Assembly (NCBI GenBank): GCA_013239625.1
Contig: MU054338.1
Span: 1,056,001-1,120,000 of the forward strand
DNA from: Lama guanicoe
Taxonomy: Eukaryota
DNA length: 64,000 nucleotides
Reading direction: 5' to 3'
Shown here: positions 33,101 to 45,100 of the stretch, piece by piece
How positions within the stretch are numbered: the stretch's first letter is position 1
Layout of the letters: every line of letters begins with the position of its first letter
Translations under genes and position numbers: made by a program
The notes under the pieces: model-generated
Told to the model about the DNA's origin: nothing
Database searches by the model: none
Seen by the model: the letters and a program-made list of their open reading frames with translations, nothing else

Positions 33101-36100
33101 GAGAGCAGGAAGGCACGGAGGAGCGTGCGGGGCAGAGCGGGCCGCAGCGCTAATGCATCCTCCGAGGGGACTAATGAAGCGACCGCCCACACTCAGCGCA
33201 GAGCCGGCCGCCCCAGCCTCGCGCTTTGAAGAGGCCCCCATTAGCGGTGGCCCTGAGCTCACTGAGGAGGGCGGTTAATGACCAGGGGAGGCCGTTCTGA
33301 GGGCACGGGGCCAAGAGAAGCTGGAGTGGGGATGCAGAGCCCTTGTCTGAGGAGCCACCAGGCTCAGAGCTGCAGAGAGGCTCCTGCAGCCCAGGGGTGG
33401 CCCGGGATGGGGTGGGGCTCCGCGTCAGGCCTGGGCCTGGGCCTTCCGGGCGCGACTCACTGTTGACACCGGGCCCGGTGCTGGGGACCAGGCCACGCAG
33501 CTTCTTGAGCGTGTTCACAGCGACGTTCAGGTAGATGTTCTTGCTGGGGCTGCGGTCATAGGCCACCTTCTCCTCGCTGAGCGCCTGTGGGCAGACACCG
33601 GGCTCAGCCCCACCCAGCCCTGCCCGCCCCCAGCCGGCAGCCGCACCCAGGCCTCGCACCTTCTCTATGGCTTCCTGGTTAGAAGAGCAAAATTTGAGAC
33701 ACTCTTCAATAAACAGGTTGAGATAGCGCTGCCGGATGACGGTGGGGACTTTGCCTCCGAACTCTTTCGGGATAATGGGCTTCTTCAAACTCTAGAGAAA
33801 CACAGAGAGCAGAGGCTGGTGCGCCCACCGGCACCCCCAGCCCCTCCAGCCCCTCCAGCCCTCGGGCATCCCACACCCCAGGCGGACCCTGCCAGAAACT
33901 CTGGGCCTTAGTGGCTCATGGCGCTGACAGAGGACCAGCCAGTGCTGACAGGAGGGGAGAAACTGCGGGCAGGGAAGGGGCATGCGGCCCCCTGCTCAGT
34001 GTGTCTGCGAACTGAAACGGCTCTAAGAAACAAACCTACAGTTAAAGAGGAAACAAGCGGGAGGACAGGAGAAATGCTGGAGCTGCTGGGGGGCGGAGAC
34101 GGGGGGCCGCGGTACCTGTAAGGACGGGCTGTGGGCCACACGCTTGGGGGTGATGGTGGTGGTGGTCTTGGACGCCATGCCTGACAGCGTGCGCGTCTTC
34201 AGGGGCTGGCTGCCGGGCTCGGGGCCATTGGGAGGCTGGCTGCTGCTGGCCGAGAGGGTCCTTTTGGCACCTGTGGGGGCTGGCAGGGGGCAGGGGCCGT
34301 GAGTACAGGAGGAGAGCACGCCCATCACTGAGCTGCAGAGCACCAAGCGGCCGCGGCCGTTCAGCATCAGCAGGACGTGCATCTCAGAGCACAGGGGGAA
34401 GGGCCGGGGCCTGGCCCGCGGGCTGTGGAAGGACATTAGGCTCTATCTGCTTTCCGGCAAGTCCATCGAGATGAGGGAGACGAAAACAGGGCTGCAGAGG
34501 CCGGCTCAGGCAAGGCTGCCACCGGGGTGGTCCGGTGAGTCGCAGAGGGCATGCGGAGCCTCTTCCACATGTTCCGGCCCCCGACTCCGAGGCATTGAAG
34601 TGTGAGGGAAGAAAGGCCCTGGCTCCTGGGCTAAGGACCAGAGGCTGTGGGATGGCCCAGCCCGGTCACTGAGCAGCTGGGTTCTGCCTCTCCCTTTGAT
34701 GAGGTCACAAACCCAACAGTCTCCTGCCCCGGGGAGGAGGGTGCCCACCAGCAGGGCTGTTTCCCCTTCCGGGGCAGGGGTGCTAGGGTGGTTAGCCCTG
34801 AGAAAGGACAGGAGCCGAGGGGACCGAGGCCCGGAGCGGCGGGGCCAGGGCCAGCCTCGCGGGCCACGAGGGAAGCAAGCTGCCGACTGCTGTCCTCTCT
34901 AAGGACGTGCACTTTCCAGGGATGGAAAGAGAGCTTTAGGGTCATTTAGAGCACAAGGCCCTGGACCTCAGGTGAGTCTCCCTGGGCTCAGGAGAGCAGC
35001 CACACCACCTGAGTGCAGTGATGATAGTGACAGGACTGTCCAAAGCCATCAGTGATGACCAGACAACTCAAGAGGTTTTGGAGAGTGTGTCTCTGGTCCA
35101 CAGTTCAGGGCTATCTCCATGCAGGGCCCCAGGGCCAAACCTGTGCCAAAATCCACGAGGGAACCCCCTGGCTGACCAACCCCTGGCTCTGAGCTCTACC
35201 TCAGGCACTCTGGGGAAGGGGAGGGAACAGAACCCGGACAATTTTTCCTAAAGGAGGCTCTAGGCACCAGGGAAAACCAGGGAGGCCAGTGGAAGCCTGT
35301 ATTCGCAGGACCAGAGTGTGCAGCCGTCACTTCGGGGCCAGTTCCTCAAAGGGGCCTTTGAACCAGCAGCAAGGGTGGCCCTGGGGAGCGGGTCAGACAG
35401 CAGGGTCCCCCCCGCCAGAGAGAAGCCGGATGGCTCTAGACGTGAACCAGCCCTCCAGACACGTAAGTCCTCCGCCCTAGACGCACCCCTGAGCGGCTCG
35501 CCCATCCAACTGCTGAGGTGCAGCCCAGCTTCCAGACAAGCCCAAGCCGGCAGGAATTGGCCCTCAGGGTGTGACAAGGAAGAAAAACAGCCCCCAAGCC
35601 CCACTGACACCCTGCCGGCTGCAAACCACACCTGGCTGGGAGCCTCCCAAAGACCAGGCAGGTGGGGTGGCCCCGGTCTGCCTAACAAGCAGGGGGAGGG
35701 AGGAGGACACCTGTCAGGCTCGCTACAGCCAGCCCCACCACCGCCACCCAAGCCCACAGAGGCCCAGAGCTGCCAGGCCTGCTCCCGCCTCCTGCTGGCA
35801 ATCAGGAGACTTCCACCCTCATCTTAAAGATAAGCACCCTGAGACCCAGCCAGGCCGGGCTCACAGCCACGGCCATGGCCAGGCTCCTTCTGCTGGACCA
35901 CGGGCCTTACCTGCAGCCAGGAGTGGGTTGGGGACATGGGCGATCCTCCTCTTCTCGCCTGGGGCCGAGATGTGGACAGAGGATGGCCTCTCGGCCGGCT
36001 GCTGGGCAGCCTGGAACCAGCTGGCTGACTCCCTCTGCGCCTGCTGGGCCCGCCGGTAGCACACCTCCTGGGCAGTCGGGGGCCGGGTGGGGAGCGTGGG

Positions 36101-39100
36101 GCCTCTCTTCGTCGGCTCCGCCTGGAAGATGGCAAATTCCAAGTGCAGAGTGCACATCAAGGGCACCCGGAGCAGGCCACCCAGGGCAGCAGGACAGGGG
36201 AACCGCTGCACAGACAGCAGGGACCCCAGGTCCAGGAAGGGGCAGGCCACCCCCAGCACGGGCACCATCTCCTGAGTCTGTGCGTGTCCTGCAGGGAACC
36301 AGCTTGGTGCGTCGGCTCTCAAGTTCATCATGCTGCTTCACTACCCCGGGCCTCCCTCCTGGCCCTGCTCTCCAGGCTTCTGGCTTCTGACTACCCAGGC
36401 TGGGCCCTCAGCTCCTATATAGGCACAGGGTGGGTGGGCACCCACAACCCCTGGATTAGATCCTGCTTGATTCAATCTTCTCTAGACAGATCTTGCAGGG
36501 TCTCCTTTGTTGGGGTGGGGTCTGGTGATTGGATTACCTGTAGTTCTGTAGCTTGGAGCCCTGTCTTCTGCCCTAGCCTTCCCTGCACTAGCACACTGAC
36601 CACCCCACAGTGATGGAAGACTGTTCCTGTCTCTGGGCCACAAAGGAGAAAGCCAAGGCTCAGAGAGGTTGCACCACTTGCTTGAGATCACACAGCACAA
36701 ATGCTCTCAGCCCTGATGTAGGCACAGAGTGAATGGAAACCCCCAACCCCTAGATTAGATCCTGCTAATCCAATCTTCTCTAGACCTCACTTCCAGAACC
36801 CCCTCGGGCGGAGGGAGAATGACTGGATCACCTGCAGTTCTTCAGCTTGGAGCTCTGTCTTCTGCCCCAGCCTTCCCTGCGCTAGCACACTAACCAACCC
36901 ACCCCCCACCAGTGACTGACAACTGCTCCTGTCTTCAGGCCACGAGGGACAAAACCAAGGCTCAGAGAGGACACCTCACTTGTGCAAGATCACACAGTGT
37001 ACTCTGGAGCTGGGATCTAGCAGTGTAGCTGCTGGAGAGCCGTCCCTCCCTCGCTCTCCCTGCCCCGGGCCCCGCTCCCCGCACCACTAAGCGCAACTTG
37101 GTGGCTGGTTGTGGGTCCCAGGCACGTCTCTGCAGGACACGGGCAGCACCAAAGGGACCCATCAGCAAAGGAACACGGGGCCTTTGCTTCTGCAGATGGG
37201 AGCCCTTCTCCCTCCTGCCAGCCTCTACCCCAGGACCCCAGAGGAGGACCTCACCTCCTTGCCTTGCTTGGAAAGATGAGAAATCCTCCTCTTCTGCCCA
37301 GGGAACAGAGTGGTCAGCCCTGAATGCCCCTGGTCCTCCATCTTCTCTTCCTTGGGAGGCTGAAACACACGTTCATCCGTCAACAAGGCCCCCTCCTGGG
37401 GCCTCAGCTCCTCACGCCAACGCTGGGGCACACAGAGGATGTGACTCCCAGGCCAAGCCGGGAGTGGGTAGGAAGGCAGTAACAGGCTTGAAGGTCAGGC
37501 TGCCGTGTCCAGACATGTGACTTGGAGCTCTCACCGACTTCCCAGGAGGTGTGCCAGGCCTTCCTCACAGGTGAGGAGATTTAGCGCCCTGGAGCCAAGT
37601 CTTCCCCCAGCACTGCCGGAGCCCTGAGCTCATCTCCCAGGCCCCACTGAGGGTGAGTTCTGCAGGCTTGGCCCAGCCCACATACCACCCGCCTGGCACA
37701 GGGAAGGGCTCAGAATCATGAGAATGAAGGGGATGAAATTGAAAAGCAAAGGGCCAGGAATAGGGTGGGGCACTAAGGGAGGGACCCAGGGGCAGGGCCG
37801 TGGCCAAGCCTGTGATCTGAACCCTCAGAAGCTGCAGGCTCGGTGCAGGAGCTGGCACAGCGTGCTCTGTTTACAGCGAGCTCCCTCTGCTGGCTGAGGT
37901 GGGGACACTGGCGCAGCAGACCAGAAAGGCTGAGCCTGGCTGAGTTTTTGGGGGGGTTTTGGACACAAGGAGGAGGCAGAGGGCAGCAGCGGGGGGAAGG
38001 GAGCGGGCTGAGGAAGGCCGCAAATCCTTCACGGGAGTGCTCTCAGAAGGGGGCCACAGAACCCCGTGGTGGGGGTGGGTTGTAAGCCGCTGGCATCCTC
38101 TCTCTGGATGGGGTGCAGGGGGCAGCAGGCAGCCAGCGAGGGTCCCTGAGTTCTGAACAAGTTACGAGGCGGACACGAGACTCCAGTCATAGGCAAAGTC
38201 AGGGAGGAGCCCAGCAAGACCCTCACCTGCCGGGCCAGCCGGCCCTTGTCCTCCGTCTTGACCGCGGTGGACTCGTTGAAAATGCGCAGGCACTCCTCCA
38301 TGGGGTCGGAGTCAAAGTCGACCTCCTTCTCCAGGGCTGAGTAGTCCACGTCAGAACCCGCCCCCGACGAGGACGAGGACGAGGGGGAGGAGGAGGACTG
38401 GCCAGCCAAGGGGGGCGGGGAGGCCTTGAGGCGTTTGGGCAGCCCCCGTGCAGAAGAGAGGCCCAGGCTGGAGTCCGTGTCTGAGTCAGAGTCCGAATCG
38501 GAGCTGGAGCTGAGGCTGGGGAGGGCAGGCGGCCGGAGTCCAGGCACCTTGGGCCCGGGGTCCTCGTCCTCGCTCTCATCCCCGAAGAGGTCGGCGTGGC
38601 TCAGGGCCCGCCTCTGCAGCTTGGGGGCGTCCCGGGGGGTGCCCTCGTCCAGTGAGCGGGTCTTCCGCTCTGCCAGCTTCCCTGATGGGGTCTCACTAAC
38701 TGTCCTGTCCGGCAGCTGGCGGGCGCCCCCCTGTGTGGGGCTTGGTTTCGGTCCCGGCTGGTCAGGCCGGCCTTTCCCTGAGCTGGCCACCAGAGTGGCT
38801 GAAGATGGCTTTTTCTTGGTCCCTTGGGACCGCTCTGCCCTGTGCCGGGGGCTGCTGGCCTGCAGGCCCCTCCTGTCCACACCGGGCTTCTCGGCCAGCC
38901 TCCCACGCGCTCCATCCTTATCCTTGTCTGTTTTCCGGACACTGTCCTTGGGGCTGGCTGCCGGAAGCACCCCACTTTTCTTCTTCTTGGGCCTCCCCTC
39001 CTTGGAGCTGCCGTGCTCCTGTGAGACCCTGGCCGGGGAGCTGGCCTTGGTGGGGGGCGGCCCACCCGGGCCTTTGGGAGGCTGCCCGAGGTCCCCCACG

Positions 39101-42100
39101 TCATACTGCACGGCAATCTCCTTGGTCTCCCGCAGGCTGCCCTCCTCAGGCTCTGCACCCGCCCTGGAGCCAGGCTTCCCCAGGGCCTTGCTCCCAGAAC
39201 CCACCTGGGCTCTCGGGGGGCTGGCGGTGGTGGGCTTATCACCCGGGGCTGCGGCAGCATCATCCTCTGAGTCCGAGAACCTTGCGTCACAGCCACCAAA
39301 AGGGTCGCAGGTCTTCTTGGGTGCAGGCATGTAGGGCTCACTGCTAAGGGAGCCCCTGGGTCGCTTGGGGGCCCTGTCGTCCTTGGCGCTGGCTCTGCTG
39401 AGCAGACGGGCAGAGAAGTTGGACAGTGGGTCGTATTCCAGGTCTGTAGAGGGCTTGGAGTTGTCCACCACGTACTTGCTGCTGTGGACAGGGCGGCTGT
39501 ATCGCCGGGGCTGGCTCACAGCTTTGGGGACGTACTCCAGGGCATTGCCACCCCCTCCACCATGGCCCTGACCCTGGTCCAGAGAGGCCAGCGAGTACTT
39601 GCTGCTGGGCTCGGCAGAGGCAGCCAGTGGTGTGGGCTGGTAGCTGGCATCGGGGCTGAACAGGCCACGGCCGCCAGGGTTGTAACTGAAGGACAGCGGG
39701 AAAGCATCCTCGTCCAGGCCGGCGGCGGGGCAGGCAATGGGGCCGCGGGGCGCCAGCGCGGGGGCCTCAGTCGAGCCGTGCTCCCGGGTCGTCTCCAGGA
39801 GCTCCTGGTATCGCCTCTGCTCAAGCTCCACCTCGGAACGCACAGCCTCAATGGCCTGGTTGACCAGCTCCAGCTCCAGAATGTCCGAGCGGGGCTCGTC
39901 CCCTCTACCCAGGGCACCATTCTCCCTCTGCGCCGGGGGCTTGGGCAGCTCAGGATTGTACGGGTCATAACCAAGCCCTAAAATGGGAAGAGGGAGAAAA
40001 CAGCAGTGAGCAGGCCCTAAGGCAGCAGCCACATGAGCCAGCGACCAGCCACTGCCTTATCCCGGGCCTTGAGCCCACGGGCCAGCCCAGAGCAGAGAGG
40101 GGAGAACCAGCCTTGCAGAACATCCAGGGGCCAGGCCTCCGGCCAACCCCCACCGAGGCTCTACCTGCAAGTCAAGGTTTCCAGCGGGCCCCTCCATGTA
40201 GGCCCCGCCCTGCTGAGGCTGCCAGGAGTGAGGGGCACAGAACTCGGGCCCCAGAGAAGGCCGCAGGAGCCCGGGGACTTTAGCCACTGTGAAATGGGAC
40301 GTGAGGTGTGCAGCAGGGCGAGATAGAGGGGTGCCCACAGAGCCGGCCCACAGTGACACTGCACCTGCAGCCAGGGGCGGTGGGGGGATACCCTTGGAAG
40401 TCCAGACGCCCAGCCGGGGTTGGGGGGGCCACAGGGAGGGCGGGGGGAGGTGCGCAGAGCTTCCCAAGCTCAGGAGGCGGGGGTGGGAGGCGAGCAGAAG
40501 GCTGGGCCCCACACAGCCTGCTCGGAACAGCGGGGGACGCGTGTGCAGCCCTGTCTGGGGCAGTGCCCTCTGCACTCTGTCCCACTCGCCTTCTCGCCCG
40601 CAGAAAAGCCCACCGGCTGAGCAGGTACCAGCGGGAGAGCATAAACCACTGACTACCCACTGCTGAGGACACGGGACGGCACACCCACAGCACAGGACAC
40701 ATTTTACAAGGCGACAAAGCAGAAGGCCGCCTAGGTACCATGCCATGGCTGCAAAAGATGGCCAAACAATGTACCGTGTTCAGGACACAGCATGGTGGCC
40801 CACAGAGTATGAGCACCAACGTTCACGCCAGCCCCAAGGGAGCGTCCAGTGGACAGGTAGCTCATGTGATCTGCCTGTTTCTGGGGTAAATTCCACAAGA
40901 CTAGCGCAACCCAAGTGCCACCAGAGTTGCCACAAAACTCACAGGAGACTGTCACTTGCAGACAGAAACGCAGAAATTCTCAGTAAAAAGTGAGCAAACA
41001 AAGCCCAGCATTCCGAGAGAGAAACAGCACCCCACAGCCAAACGCCTCAGGGCCAGGACGCAGCTCGACATTCGTGGCCTGCCGGACGCCCTCCCAGGAA
41101 ACCCGTGTGGAACATGTGACTCCGTCCTGGTGCCCTGTGGCTGCAGGGTAGCAGCCAGGTCTCCCGGGAGCCTCCAGAGGGAACCAGCCACGCCCACATG
41201 TGGACCATAGCCCAGGGAGCCCCATTTGGACCTCTGACCCCCAAAACCACCAGAGGAAACACCTGTGCTGCTTCCAGGCACCCAGCGTGCGGCATCTAGC
41301 TGCAGAAGCCCCAGCGAACGAGGGAGCGCAAGGAGCACAGGGCGCTGCAGGGCCGGGGCTCAGCCGGCTGCCTGGCGGCCCGAGGGAGGGCAAGGCCACT
41401 GCAGGGCTGTTGTCTGGCTTCTAACTTGGAACTTCTTTTTCAAGTGATACTTAGAAAGGCTGTGTGTATCTGTGCCACCAAGGACACGCCAGGGCTGTCA
41501 GTCACAGCTGAGGAGGTAAAGCCAAGCAATGAAGGCCACGGGGGCCCAGCAGGACTGGGTGCCAGGGAGCAGTCACTTCATGTCCCCACCTCCCAGCCAA
41601 GGGTGTCAGGCCAGGGGCCCAGGTCAGGACACATGGTCAGCGGCCCCCCGGCCCCGGCCAGGTTCAAGATGAACAGACCATGCAGAGGTCCAGAGGGAAG
41701 GCTAGAAACCCCAACAGCAAGACCTAGGGCCCCCTCCCAGCCCACCCTGAGCCACAACGGGCCCAGAGGCACTAACAGCAAGCCCACCCCTAACCCCCAC
41801 CTGCCTGGATGAGCAGGGGAGCCAGTGCCCCCCTCCAAGTCCTGGCTGCCGAGCAGAGTGGAGAGGCCCAGGCCAGCAAGTTGGGAGCACTTATGGGGCA
41901 TGCCCAGTGAGGGGCTGGTGGGGTCCTGCTGGTCTCCAGGGGCCTCTAGTCCAACTCACGTCACTCCCCAGCCTCCCTCCTGCCCCGTCCCACTGCCCCA
42001 GGTGGGGGACAGCAGCAAGGAACACTCTGCTCCCAAGAGAGGTGGACAGGGCACAGTGGGGAGCTAATGGACAGAGGTCCTTTCCCACCCACTGCCTGCT

Positions 42101-45100
42101 CTGGAACAGCTCACAGAGATTCCAAGGCGACAGACAAGTCATCCGGGAGTGCCTCCAGCCCCGCTCAAGTAATGGCCGAGTTCAGACCTTGCACTTCAGA
42201 TTCTGAAAGGATGGGATCCCCCCACAAACGAGCCTGTGCTTTGGAAGCGCGGTGCGGAGGCACCCTAGGGTCCAGCCCCACGGAAGGAAGGGGGGGTGCT
42301 GCCAAGGCCCCAAGGGGGACCAGCAGCAGAGGCTGATGCTTGGGGGGCCAGCCAGGCATCTTGGTGGGGAGAGGTGCTCTTGCTGCCTAACTAAGAGCCT
42401 GACTGGCACCGGTGAGCCTGACTAAGGGCACTTCCGCCTGCTCCGCTCCCTCCAGGCGCCCTCAGACTCTCATGGGGGTGCAGCTCCCACCAGGCTCAGC
42501 TCCAGCCCCCTTGAGCTAAGCATCCAGGAGCCCCACCAACATGTGACATTTTCAGTCCTGGGGGAGGCTGCCTCCTGCACTCTACCCAGCTGCACCAAAA
42601 AGCAAAAGAAACAGCCCTAGGTGGCCCTGGGACGGTCTAGGTCAAGACCCCCTCTGGGCCTCCATTTCCCCAAGGCACTGTAAGGCCATGTCACCAGCTG
42701 GGGGGCTCCAGACTGATCTGGAAACATCAAGCACACAGCTGGCAGAGGGGCACGGGCCCCACCCCCCGAGGCTTAGACGTGACTGCATCAGGCCCAGAGC
42801 TCGGGCCTTGAAGCAGCAGCCCCTGGAGCCCCCGCCAAGGCTCCCAGAGGCTTCTGGGGGGAAGGGGCAATGGAGAAGGTACATGTAAGCCACCGAGCCC
42901 CTGCCCAACCCTTCCTCAGGGGGCGGGTCCCTCAAGGGCCCAAGAGAAATTGGTGGAGCGCCTCGAGAAAAGGTTTTACAAGCAACTCGAGAGGCGAGCC
43001 TGGAGAGGCCAGGACGGGCCCTGGGGGAGCCTCAGCACCTTCCAATTACCGGGCACTAGTCCGGATAGAAGCGAATGGGTGCTCCTTCGGGGTTTGCGCC
43101 AGGTAGGCGTGCCCCTGGTAAACGAGGTTAATTGGGCTGTTTTTCAGGAAGGGAGCCAGTCTCAGGATGACTGGGAGAGCTCCTTGAAGGCCCAGGTGCC
43201 GGGGTGACACCCTCAGGAGAAGCAGACCCTCAGCCCAGGGGAGAAAAGGGCCGGCTGCTGCCCAGCTCAAGGGACACCTGCAAGGCCAAGGGCCTGCCCA
43301 GCCGTCAGCCGAGGGCCGTCCCTTGGGAAGGCCCTGGTCAGCTCGGAGGGGAAGTCTGGCAGAGGCCTCTTCCCAGCGCCCTCAGCCCGCCCCCAGGCCC
43401 ACCCCTGTGCCGGTCCTTGGAGCAGCAGCCCCGCCCACTGGAAAAAGACAGTTGTCCGGGCTCTGGTGCCGCTGGCAGCTCTCCCAGGGACCCGGTCCTG
43501 ACACACACTCTGATCGCCAGCTCCTGAGCCAGGCGTCCAGCACGGGGGAGAACAACACGGTGTGGCCACAGTGCTCAGGGAAAGCACTGCTCGGAGCCCG
43601 TGTCGGGTCGAAGGTCTCTCCCGAGTCTTGGGCAGCCACCTCCCCGCCCTCTAAACCTTCCCTCTGCCTGGAACAGCCCTTTCCTGGGCTCCATCCTGCC
43701 TCTGCTCCCCTCTGCTCCCACCACGACCCCTGGTTACAGAACACCCCGGGCCCTTCTGCACCTGCACAGACACCAGTCCCGCCAGCTCCAGCTGCATGTA
43801 GGATTAAAGAGCAGCGAAAAGGAGCTGCAGAGCAGGCTCGGAGACCCCCAGGCCTCCCTTGCGCCAGGTTTGCCCTGCCTGTGCCAGCCCACCTCACAGA
43901 GGAGGAGACGGGGCTGAGCCAGGTCGAGCAGCTCCCTAAGGCCCACACAGCTGGTGAGAGGTCGGTCCTCCCCCACCCAGACAGGAAGACCCAGCGCTGC
44001 CTGATCGGCTCTGGCTCCTGAAGGACGAGAGAAGACTCACCATCACCCTACCCGGCTTCCTCCTTTGTCCCAGGACCACAGTGGTCAAGCCCTAACTCTG
44101 TGCCCAATCAGACACCAGCAGGGATGCCTCCAACCCAGGTGGCTGTCACAGTCCCAGGGGGTAGGCAGAGGGGCCATGAGGGAACAGACACCATCCCTGC
44201 TGCATGAGAGATAAGCCAGACACAAGGACCAGCCAGTGCAGAGCAACTAGACCCACCCGTGCCCCAGGAAGCTGCCTGGGTGGCAGAGGCCTCGGAGGCT
44301 GAGAGAGAAGGGAGGACGTTCCTGAAAGGCGGCAGGGCAGAAAAGACGCGGTTAACAGCCAGCCCCCGCTCGGCCCCAGTGCAGGGCGGGAGGCACAGCG
44401 CTCCCAGGGCCTGGGTACTCATCCCTCAACGCATGTATCTTGGGCGTTTAGGGGAGTGGGACCTGGCAGAGGGCAGAGTAGCCCCCAGGTCCTCAGAGGG
44501 GCCAGCTGCCACTCCTCCCTCCGGGCCTGGAGTCTCTGCCTCTGGAGCATCCCCTCTCCCCGCCGTGGGACGCCCTCACCCCGCACCCCTGGACATGCGG
44601 GCACCCTACTGGACAGGCCAGCAAGTAGCCTCAAGCCAGGGATGAGAGCACCTGGCCATTCACTCTTTCTGGAGGGAAGAACCCGGCACCGCCCAGGGCA
44701 CCCCCGACACCTGGGAAGGCCACGCAAGCGGGTGCTCAGGTGCACACAGGGGGCGTCCTAGATGCGCCCGCAGCTGCAGCTGGCTGTGCCCAGAGAAGCA
44801 GGGTCTGGAGTCCTCCTCCCCATGTGTGGGGTCCATCTGCACCAGAGGGCCCAGAGGCCTGGCCTCCCTCTGCCCTCACACCACCCCCAACCCAGGAGGC
44901 AGCCCAAGGCCGGGGCGTCAGGGCAGGCAGCACACCGCCAGATCCAGGCAAGAAGGGGGCCACAGTCAAAGCCGCTGCCACCTGGGGGGCTCTCTCTGGG
45001 CCACAGGTCACGGCTGCCAGGCTGCCCGCCCCCTAAGAAAGAGCTCGTGCAACAGGGTCACACAGGACCATAGGTGGCTTTTATTACTCAATCCCAGAGG

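Noticed and set aside
38426..39334. 302-aa + strand ORF and other ORFs antisense to REXO1 and ATP8B3 exons
   Set aside because: These are antisense shadows of real GC-rich coding exons.
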